Origin: a virus
Virus record (IMG/VR): IMGVR_UViG_3300037309_000058
DNA: 43,571 bases
Strand: one strand, 5' to 3'
Shown in pieces: positions 17,346-23,487 of this stretch (position 1 is the stretch's first letter; each line of letters opens with the position of its first letter). Both the position numbers and the translations under genes were made by a program. Below the pieces are notes generated by a model. The model saw only the letters and a program-made list of their open reading frames with translations. It did no database searches and had not been told where the DNA came from.

Positions 17346-18925
17346 GCGCTCATCCATCCTGCTGCACGGTGCCGCCAACCCCGCGATGGGCGGGCTTTGG
17401 TTTCGCTTTTATCGTAGACAGGCTCAGCGAAGGTCAGGACCACCGCGTCCCAAAGGTCGGGGCTGCGCACGCCGCGCGCCCGCATTTGCTCCTTGGACTC
17501 CAGCACGACCCGCTGATTGGTATCATACTTGTACCCCGGCCCGACCGCGTCCTGTTGGAAGATGCCCTCGTCGGGTACATCCACGCCCATGGGGTCTTGG
17601 AGCCACTCGCGGCTCCGCATCCACATCTCTGCGCGGCGGTTCTTGGGACCGGGGCGCTTGCTGCCGTCGTCAAGAATGATGTCTGGCTCTTGCGGCGCAC
17701 CGCCGAAGTTGACGCCCACCGCGCGCTTGTCGTAAATCGCGCCGTAGGACTTCAAAAGGTCCACGATGCCTGCGCCAGAGCCCCCGGCATCGATGAACAT
17801 CTTCGCAATGTTCTCTTTGTCGATGATCTGCTTGAGCATGTTCGCAGCCTGCACGGTATCGATCTTCTCGATCGTACGATACTTGAGAATTTTGCGCCCC
17901 TGCCGCCACACGATAGCGAAAAGGTCGTCACCGAAGCGGCTGGGGTCCACGCCGACCACCACAGGGCCGCTCGGGTCCTCGACAGTGAACTTCCGCGCCT
18001 TGAGAACAAGGTTGCCCTTGATAAAGCTGTCGTGTCCGGTGGACTGAAAAGCCTCTTCTGCAGTCGCTGGATACTCCTGCATGAAGAGCATGGGGTCGCC
18101 AAGCTCAGCGATTTTGGCCCTGCGCCAGCACATTTGGCCGAGGCTGAGGCCGTGAAGCTGCGCGTAGTCGGCTTCGCTGATGTCCTCGCCCGTGCTGCGC
18201 TGATGGGAGAGGGTAAATCCTTCCGGAGGGGTCCGCGTATACCCCGCTTCCCAGAACCACGGGCTGAAAATGGGTATGAAGTCGCCAATTCCGGCCTCGG
18301 CGCGCTGCCAACGCTCGTAAAACTCACCGGTGATACCGTTTGCCGTGCTCTCGAGGATAATTTCGGTCCCCGGCAGGTCCGGAATGGTCTGCATGACCCC
18401 CGCGAAGTGCTCCGCAGCGTTCGGCCAGAAGGCCACCTCGCTTCCATGGAAGAGCTGAACGGTCTTGGAGCGCCCGACCGCCTTCTGTCCGGCAGTGGCG
18501 ACCGAATAACCGGAGTCGAGGCGATCAAAGAGAAGCTCTTTGGCGTTCGCGGCTCCGGTGCTCGGCTTCAGCGGACAATTTTCATGGTAGCGGGCGACCA
18601 TGCCGAACAGGTTGTCGGTCGCGGCCTGCTCGTGAGTCAGAATGAAGACGTTCGTGCCGTAGTTCAGACTCGCTCGATGATAGAACCGCCCGCCGACATA
18701 GGTGCTGAAGCCCTGTTGTCGCGCTTTGAGAATGAGGCAACGCACCTTGCCTGTCTCACGGCGCTGAGCTTCCATCTTCTCGTGCGCATATAGCTGCGCC
18801 TTGTTCAACGCGAAGGGAAGCAGCGCCCCGCTCTTGGCCTTGATCTTCAGACACGCGGCAGCGTAGCGGGGGAAATCCTCCCGCAGGCTGGCAAGCATAC
18901 GCATCTGTTCCTCGCGGCTGGCCAC
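17342..18925 (-). CDS. terL: Terminase large subunit
   Basis: It has a GTG start with AAGAGG 6 nt upstream. There is an ATPase motif (LILKARQQGFST) and the nuclease half contains FHGSEVAFW and ILESTANG. The length is 527 aa. Confidence 0.85.
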   Translation of the reverse strand: MASREEQMRMLASLREDFPRYAAACLKIKAKSGALLPFALNKAQLYAHEKMEAQRRETGKVRCLILKARQQGFSTYVGGRFYHRASLNYGTNVFILTHEQAATDNLFGMVARYHENCPLKPSTGAANAKELLFDRLDSGYSVATAGQKAVGRSKTVQLFHGSEVAFWPNAAEHFAGVMQTIPDLPGTEIILESTANGITGEFYERWQRAEAGIGDFIPIFSPWFWEAGYTRTPPEGFTLSHQRSTGEDISEADYAQLHGLSLGQMCWRRAKIAELGDPMLFMQEYPATAEEAFQSTGHDSFIKGNLVLKARKFTVEDPSGPVVVGVDPSRFGDDLFAIVWRQGRKILKYRTIEKIDTVQAANMLKQIIDKENIAKMFIDAGGSGAGIVDLLKSYGAIYDKRAVGVNFGGAPQEPDIILDDGSKRPGPKNRRAEMWMRSREWLQDPMGVDVPDEGIFQQDAVGPGYKYDTNQRVVLESKEQMRARGVRSPDLWDAVVLTFAEPVYDKSETKARPSRGWRHRAAGWMSA

Positions 18926-18928
18926 GGC

Positions 18929-19222
18929 TTACCTCTTCTTCGGCCGCGACATTGCGTCGCGCATCTTTGTATTCACGTGCTCGAGCAGCTTCTTCGGGTG
19001 CCAGCTCAGCGCGTTGTCCATCATGGATCCGCGCGGCTTGGCAGTGGTGCCGCCGCTGCGCTGCGCTTTCTGGCGCGCGTAGGCCTCCATCTCAGCGGCA
19101 GACTTGAAGCCGCTGCGCTTGGCCTCGTCCTCTTCACGCTTCGTGCGGGGGCGCGCCTGTTTGCGCTGGGCAGCCTCAAGCTGAGCGGCGCTGTCGATTT
19201 TCTTGGAAAGGAAGTTGGGCAT
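18929..19222 (-). CDS. Small basic protein (97 aa) between the TerS-like gene and TerL
   Basis: The ORF start shares one nt with the upstream stop. It is Lys/Arg-rich, and its function is unknown. Confidence 0.5.
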   Translation of the reverse strand: MPNFLSKKIDSAAQLEAAQRKQARPRTKREEDEAKRSGFKSAAEMEAYARQKAQRSGGTTAKPRGSMMDNALSWHPKKLLEHVNTKMRDAMSRPKKR

Positions 19223-19752
19223 CAGTTGATATCCTCCGGTCGCAGGCCGCTGAGATCTTCGAGCTCGGCTTGCTTGCGGCCCTTTTCAAGCAAGCTCTGT
19301 CCGATATCGATGGCTGCGTCGCGCACCGACATCTCCTCGCGGGTCGCCAGCTCACTGAGCAGCGTCTCGAGCGGCAAGGTCTCGGTTTCTTTCGGCGCAG
19401 TGGCGGGGATAAGTTTGCTCCACAGCCGGTAGAACTCGGTCGGGTGTTCACGTCCCCACACTACGAGCGCGGGCACGCCGCCCATGAGGTCGAAGGCGTC
19501 TGCGAGATCTTGGCGCGCTTGGCTCATGATCTTTGGCGACTGCGTCCCGCCTTTTTGATGGAATGCGCGCTTCTCATCAAGGCGCTTTTGCTCATGCGCG
19601 AGCAGAAGATCGAAGTTGGCGTCGCCCTCGGCGGCTTTGGACGCCATCTCGATGGTCTTCTTTTCCTTGTACCGAGCCTTGCGGCGCTCGAGCGCAGCCT
19701 CGTGGCGACGCCGCTGCTCCGCTGTTTCGTACTTCTTGCGTGGGCGTGCCAA
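19222..19752 (-). CDS. Putative terminase small subunit
   Basis: It is the first gene of the minus-strand block. It has a TTG start with AGGAG 7 nt upstream. The N-terminus is basic and the central motif is GGVPALVVWGREHPTEFYRLWSKLIP. The call rests on position and general resemblance only. Confidence 0.4.
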   Translation of the reverse strand: MARPRKKYETAEQRRRHEAALERRKARYKEKKTIEMASKAAEGDANFDLLLAHEQKRLDEKRAFHQKGGTQSPKIMSQARQDLADAFDLMGGVPALVVWGREHPTEFYRLWSKLIPATAPKETETLPLETLLSELATREEMSVRDAAIDIGQSLLEKGRKQAELEDLSGLRPEDIN

Positions 19753-19891
19753 GAATCTTCTCCTGCAATGACGAACTTACTCGACGGCCCCGCTGCGGGG
19801 GTACCTTCGTCAAGGCCGCAGCCGCCGCGCCCCAAGGTACCCCCGGCACACCCCACCCCCGTTCGCCGAGGATCGGAGAAGCCGAGCCACT

Positions 19892-19926
19892 TCGTTAACC
19901 ATGTTCGTTAACCGAACTCGTTAACC
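19892..19926. repeat. Three direct TCGTTAACC repeats phased every 13 bp
   Basis: The copies are at 19892-19900, 19905-19913 and 19918-19926. They lie 140-175 bp upstream of the TerS-like gene start. Confidence 0.9.
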
Positions 19927-20115
19927 GTGAATCTTTACTCATCATTAACCACGATCTCCGTGGCTCCGGCCCAATGTGACGTCACACGGGGCGCTGCAAA
20001 TCCACGTGACGTCGTGACGCCGACGTTGCAATCACGGCGTCCCCGATGCGCCGCGTCTCCGGGGCAGTGTTTACAATCATGGTTAATTGAGATGCAAGGG
20101 GCTTGATATCGCAGG

Positions 20116-20128
20116 TTAACCTTAACAG
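20116..20128. repeat. TTAACCTTAACAG, copy 1 of an exact 13-mer
   Basis: It is preceded by GG, which makes a palindromic GGTTAACC. The identical 13-mer recurs 121 bp downstream. Confidence 0.9.
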
Positions 20129-20236
20129 TTTAAGCCGCTGAAACGGCAGGCAAAAACGGCAGCCGTACAGATAGGCCAAGCATCTGTATGGTAAATATCT
20201 TAACTCAAAGCATTAATATCATTGGCAAATCCCACA

Positions 20237-20249
20237 TTAACCTTAACAG
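20237..20249. repeat. TTAACCTTAACAG, copy 2
   Basis: Exact match to 20116-20128. Confidence 0.9.
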
Positions 20250-20272
20250 ATAACACATAACAGTACTTACTG

Positions 20273-20300
20273 TTGATACTTAAGAAAGTAGGTTAATAAT
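20273..20300 (+). promoter_or_regulatory. Candidate sigma70-type early promoter (TTGATA-N16-AATAAT)
   Basis: The -35 is at 20273-20278 and the -10 at 20295-20300, about 130 nt upstream of the first plus-strand gene. It overlaps the TTAACC-type motifs. The host consensus is unknown. Confidence 0.35.
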
Positions 20301-20323
20301 TTAACCATTGTTAATTAGTGTAA

Positions 20324-20338
20324 GGTTAATTATTAACC
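20324..20338. repeat. Perfect inverted repeat GGTTAAT-T-ATTAACC (operator-like)
   Basis: Read directly. A near-copy, GGTTAAT-AA-TTTAACC, is at 20291-20306. Confidence 0.85.
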
Positions 20339-20433
20339 TACTTTGCTAGGGTAAAGTTAGGGGTGCTGTACACTGTGCATCTGTTATTCCTAGGCCTTTA
20401 CAACACGTTAACCCTTTACAGAAAGGTCTACAC

Positions 20434-20919
20434 ATGCTGTCTGTTAAGCAAATCGTAACCATACTCAGCGCCGCCAAGGCTCTGCGCCCCGTAAATCCAG
20501 CCCTTGCGGAACAGCTTACAGACATGGTTAACGAGGCCGAAACCATGCGTGCAGCGGCCGCGCAAGCCCGTAGCGACGCCGCTGCGCAGCGCGGCCAGCG
20601 GGGCGCGCCAAAACTTCCCTTTGCCATTGTCGTTAATCCCGGGGAACCCATAGTCTGCTATGGAGCCAAGGCCACGGCTGCCAAGCTGGCAACCGTGCTG
20701 CGCGCCCATGGCGCTACCCGCGCAGCCCCTGCCCACACAACCCTAGGGGTCGCCATCAGCCGCCAAGGCCATTGGCAGCACGCACTGGAAACCGATAACG
20801 GATTCGTAACCATAACCGTTCAGCGTTGGCACGAATCTTGCAGTGAGACCAGAGGGCGCGGAACTGCGAAGCAAGAATCATGCCAAAACCCGAAAAATGC
20901 GAAAACTGGAGTCAGCTAG
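20434..20919 (+). CDS. First early protein (161 aa), unknown function
   Basis: ATG with GAAAGG upstream. It is the only long plus-strand ORF here. Confidence 0.55.
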   Translation: MLSVKQIVTILSAAKALRPVNPALAEQLTDMVNEAETMRAAAAQARSDAAAQRGQRGAPKLPFAIVVNPGEPIVCYGAKATAAKLATVLRAHGATRAAPAHTTLGVAISRQGHWQHALETDNGFVTITVQRWHESCSETRGRGTAKQESCQNPKNAKTGVS

Positions 20920-21353
20920 GTAAAGGTAGCCTGGACGAGCCGCATCGTCTCAAATCGTCTTAAAAGTCGGCTTAAACGTGAACTGGAATTTGCCCCATGG
21001 CCAGCGCCGCGCAGAAAAATGCAAGGTGCGAAAAACTGTGTCACTTTGGTACGGAAAATTCTTGGCTCACATTTTAACTTTCCTTTAACGAATTGCGCGC
21101 ATACATAGGTCACACGGGGCGCACGGGGCGCTCCAGGGTGCGGGGCCGCACCCCTGCAAGCCAGCTAGGGCTTTCTAGCGTTCCATGGCCTAGGGCGCGC
21201 AACCCCTGCAATGGCACATGGGCTTATCGGCCGTCATGCTTTACCCTACGGGGGCGGCGGCAAGTGCGGGGCACCATAGCTCCAAACGCGCGCGGGGCGC
21301 TACCGGTCAGCCTTTAGGGGCAGGGGCCATGGGGCAAAACGCGCGTCGGTTAG

Positions 21354-21389
21354 CAGCCTAGGGGGCTGGGGCAACCCTGCCCCCGGCTG
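21354..21389 (+). promoter_or_regulatory. Long hairpin with a GCAA tetraloop
   Basis: It reads CAGCC-ta-GGGGGC-t-GGG-GCAA-CCC-t-GCCCCC-GGCTG. That gives 14 paired positions with one T/T mismatch and a 2-nt bulge. Confidence 0.7.
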
Positions 21390-21398
21390 CTATGTGCC

Positions 21399-21448
21399 CC
21401 TGCCCTACATTGGCCAGCGCAATGCCGCGCTGGCCTTACTAGGGCAGG
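21399..21448 (+). promoter_or_regulatory. Two-tier hairpin whose 3' arm overlaps the Shine-Dalgarno of the 21459 gene
   Basis: The outer stem is CCTGCCCTA/TAGGGCAGG (9 bp) and the inner stem is GGCCAGCGC/GCGCTGGCC (9 bp, loop AATGCC). AGGAG at 21446-21450 is partly inside the outer stem, and the ATG is at 21459. Confidence 0.65.
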
Positions 21449-21458
21449 AGTTACGAAC

Positions 21459-21746
21459 ATGATTAACGAATTTTACCATGAGCTCACCTGCGGCGCAACC
21501 GGCACGGACTGCCCCGCTACGCTGGCTTGGCTAACTGCCAAGCTGGATGGCGATTCGCAGTACGCTGCCGCGCAGCGCGCCGCCGCATATTGGGCCGCCG
21601 CCGACGAAACGGTGCGCAGCGCAATTGCTGAGTGGCTCGGCTGGCTGGACTGCCCCGTGGCGGAGCGCGCCCCCGTGCCGCGCGCCATTGCGCAGGATTT
21701 CAAGGACGCCGAGCGCTTTGCGGAAGAACTGCTTAACGGCGATTAA
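21459..21746 (+). CDS. Early protein (95 aa), unknown function
   Basis: ATG with AGGAG 8 nt upstream. The composition is acidic and Trp/Ala-rich. Confidence 0.6.
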   Translation: MINEFYHELTCGATGTDCPATLAWLTAKLDGDSQYAAAQRAAAYWAAADETVRSAIAEWLGWLDCPVAERAPVPRAIAQDFKDAERFAEELLNGD

Positions 21747-21807
21747 TCATGTAAGGCGGGGGCACATAGCAGCAATCAAGCTGCAAATCACTAACGGAGT
21801 ATTTACT

Positions 21808-22470
21808 ATGACGACCAAGACCATCACTCGCGCCGCCAAGCCCGTTGCCAACGCAAAGGGCATGACCGGTAAATCCGCCCGCAAGATCGCGACGACCAAG
21901 GCTGCCGAAAAGGCTCCCAAGGACGTAGCGCCCAAGCTGGCCGATCCGTCCAAGCCCGCCGACACCATCGTGGAGTCCAAGGGTGTGTCCGGCGGCGTCA
22001 AACACTACGTCAGCGCCAACGACGGACGCAGCACGATGATCCCGACGGCTCAGTGGCGCGGCGAAATCCGCAAGCTGGCTGCCGTCGGCCAGTCGTACGA
22101 CGCCTTCTGCGCCGCGTGGAGCCGTGCCAGCACGGCCAAGCTCGCGGCAGGCGTGGATGCACGCAATGCCCCGCATAGCGCCAAGGCGGTCCAAGACTCC
22201 AAGGCCACTCAGCCGGTCAAGCCTGCCAAGGTCACCGCTGCCAGCCGCAAGGCTGCCGCAGTGGCCAAGGCCAGCGCCGAGGACTCCAAGGCGTTCAAGC
22301 TGACCGAAAAGGGCGAGGCCAAGCTGGCCAAGCTGGACGCCAAGGCGCGCGCCGCCGACAAGCTCCAGCGCATGGCAACCGCTGGCTCCATCGCCGCTGC
22401 GATCGCCCTTGACGGGGTGAGCCGGGGCGACGTCAACTACGCCATCAAGTGCAAGTTCATCGGCTACTGA
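21808..22470 (+). CDS. Lys/Ala-rich DNA-binding-like early protein with the shared C-terminal module (paralogue 1)
   Basis: I used the internal ATG at 21808 with ACGGAG upstream. There are long K/A/P-rich tracts, and the C-terminus is LTEKGEAKLAKL...DGVSRGDVNYAIKCKFIGY. Confidence 0.6.
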   Translation: MTTKTITRAAKPVANAKGMTGKSARKIATTKAAEKAPKDVAPKLADPSKPADTIVESKGVSGGVKHYVSANDGRSTMIPTAQWRGEIRKLAAVGQSYDAFCAAWSRASTAKLAAGVDARNAPHSAKAVQDSKATQPVKPAKVTAASRKAAAVAKASAEDSKAFKLTEKGEAKLAKLDAKARAADKLQRMATAGSIAAAIALDGVSRGDVNYAIKCKFIGY

Positions 22471-22482
22471 GCATCCCCCGGA

Positions 22483-22512
22483 CCCCTGTCCCAGCGCAAG
22501 CTAGGGCAGGGG
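22483..22512 (+). promoter_or_regulatory. GCAA-capped hairpin just after the 22470 stop
   Basis: It reads CCCCTGTCCCA-GC-GCAA-GC-TAGGGCAGGGG, with 11 Watson-Crick pairs, 1 G-U pair and 1 mismatch. Its arms are related to the outer arms of the 21399-21448 hairpin. Confidence 0.65.
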
Positions 22513-22548
22513 CGAGGATGGACGCTTTGTCCAGAATGGAGACGACCT

Positions 22549-22791
22549 ATGGAACTTGACATGGATATGCCGGACGATGCGACTCAGTATCTGACGGTCT
22601 ACGATCACAAGTCGCGCGCCGTTGCCACGTTGCAGCGCCGCCGCGTCTACGAGTCCGGCCCTGCTTGGACCATCTGGGATACGGATGGACGCCAGATCGG
22701 GCGCATCTGGCAAACACGGAGCTACCCGTGGCTCCACGAGCGTGTGATCAGCATCGTCCGCACGGACCTTGCTGGCAACCTGGAGGGCTGA
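22549..22791 (+). CDS. Early protein (80 aa), unknown function
   Basis: ATG with GGAGA 6 nt upstream. Confidence 0.55.
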   Translation: MELDMDMPDDATQYLTVYDHKSRAVATLQRRRVYESGPAWTIWDTDGRQIGRIWQTRSYPWLHERVISIVRTDLAGNLEG

Positions 22792-22794
22792 GCA

Positions 22795-22919
22795 TGACCA
22801 GCGTCCAGATGCTGATCCGGGTAATCCCGGCCCCGCCTCCGCTTGTGCCCTATGCGGCGCGCAAGTTCGCACGGCTGCCTAGGCGCACGTTCGGCAGGCG
22901 GCTCAAGCCGTGCTGCTGA
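22795..22919 (+). CDS. Possible small basic protein (41 aa)
   Basis: ATG at 22795 with GGAGGG 6 nt upstream. It is not in the ORF track as a separate entry (internal start within 22665..22919). Weakly supported. Confidence 0.3.
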
Positions 22920-22984
22920 GCTTGCTGGCCATGCTCGTGGCCATTGTGCTGGCCAGCCTGCCGGACGACTGAGCGCCAAGGCGC

Positions 22985-23013
22985 TTGGCCATCCGGCTTT
23001 CACAGCCTATAAG
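22985..23013 (+). promoter_or_regulatory. Candidate sigma70-type promoter (TTGGCC-N17-TATAAG)
   Basis: The -35 is at 22985-22990 and the -10 at 23008-23013, about 40 nt upstream of the 23054 gene. It abuts the 23013 hairpin. Confidence 0.35.
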
Positions 23014-23036
23014 GGGCGCGGGGCAACCCGCGCCCC
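23013..23036 (+). promoter_or_regulatory. Perfect 10-bp GC hairpin with a GCAA tetraloop
   Basis: It reads GGGGCGCGGG-GCAA-CCCGCGCCCC. There is no U-tract downstream. Confidence 0.75.
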
Positions 23037-23053
23037 CGTTCAAGGAGACGACC

Positions 23054-23476
23054 ATGAAAATGCCTCCCGCCTTTGCCGAGCAGGCAAGGCAAGCCGCCGA
23101 GGACATTCCTCGGCAAGTTATCGCCAACGTGCTGGAGCGCCTGCTCCCGCGCGTCCTCGTGGCAAGGCGTCCGGCCGAGCCTGCGCAGCCGGGCTCGCCG
23201 GCTCCGTTTGTTCAGGACGCAACCGGCCAGATCCGGCCGACGGGCACGCCGCTGAGCCGGGCCGACAAGCGCCCGAGCCAGCGCGCCATGCTCCCCATGC
23301 TCATCGTTGCTACCTCCAAGGGCGCGCGCAAGGCGCGCTGGAAGGGCGAGCACGACACGCTCAACAAGATCATCGGCGCTGGCACGGTCCGGCAGGCGCT
23401 GATGCTAAGTGATGTCAAGTTTGGCGACATCACATACGCCTGGAAGACCGGATACATTGACATCCTCACAGTCTAA
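23054..23476 (+). CDS. Early protein with the shared C-terminal module (paralogue 2)
   Basis: ATG at 23054 with AAGGAG upstream. The C-terminus is LNKIIGAGTVRQALMLSDVKFGDITYAWKTGYIDILTV. Confidence 0.6.
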   Translation: MKMPPAFAEQARQAAEDIPRQVIANVLERLLPRVLVARRPAEPAQPGSPAPFVQDATGQIRPTGTPLSRADKRPSQRAMLPMLIVATSKGARKARWKGEHDTLNKIIGAGTVRQALMLSDVKFGDITYAWKTGYIDILTV

Positions 23477-23487
23477 GGAGAAAGCAC

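Larger units (their letters stand above)
19860..20433. promoter_or_regulatory. AT-rich divergent control region (candidate early/late promoters, operators and/or origin)
   Basis: It is the only extended AT-rich stretch in the window. It lies between the two divergent gene blocks and is packed with (G/A)TTAACC motifs and other repeats. Confidence 0.6.
20920..21458 (+). other. ORF-free region of about 540 nt with multiple GC-rich hairpins (candidate structured leader or ncRNA)
   Basis: No plausible ORF with an RBS is present. Only Arg-rich ORFs without an RBS appear, at 21093..21317(+) and 20916..21113(-). The right two thirds contain dense inverted repeats and recurrent CCCTGC/GCAGGG and CTAGGG motifs. 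Confidence 0.5.

Noticed and set aside
17369-18793. 474-aa plus-strand ORF antisense to TerL
   Set aside because: It is the antisense shadow of a gene with clear terminase motifs, and it has no RBS or motif support.
19981-19994. 14-mer GTCACACGGGGCGC repeated at 21109..21122, both copies intergenic
   Set aside because: A single 14-mer match in GC-biased sequence is within chance expectation, and I saw no third copy or consistent flanks. It is noted only as context for the two non-coding regions.
19892-20340. Possibility that the TTAA-containing repeats are CtrA boxes (TTAA-N7-TTAAC) of an alphaproteobacterial host
   Set aside because: The spacings I measured are N9 for the 13-bp-phased repeats and N2, N3, N4 or N6 elsewhere. 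None is the canonical N7, so the motif is better described as (G/A)TTAACC with an unknown binder.
21093-21317. 74-aa plus-strand ORF (and 20916..21113 on the minus strand) inside the ORF-free region
   Set aside because: It has a non-ATG start without an RBS and an Arg-rich product that runs straight through hairpin-forming repeats. I treat the region as non-coding.
19860-21458. CRISPR array or tRNA genes in the two non-coding regions
   Set aside because: The repeats are short (7-13 bp), irregularly spaced and not separated by uniform spacers. No cloverleaf-compatible sequence was found.
22843-23412. 189-aa plus-strand ORF overlapping the 23054 gene in another frame
   Set aside because: It is an extremely Arg/Ala/Gly-rich translation with no RBS. 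The alternative frame (23054..23476) has AAGGAG and a C-terminus paralogous to two other proteins.
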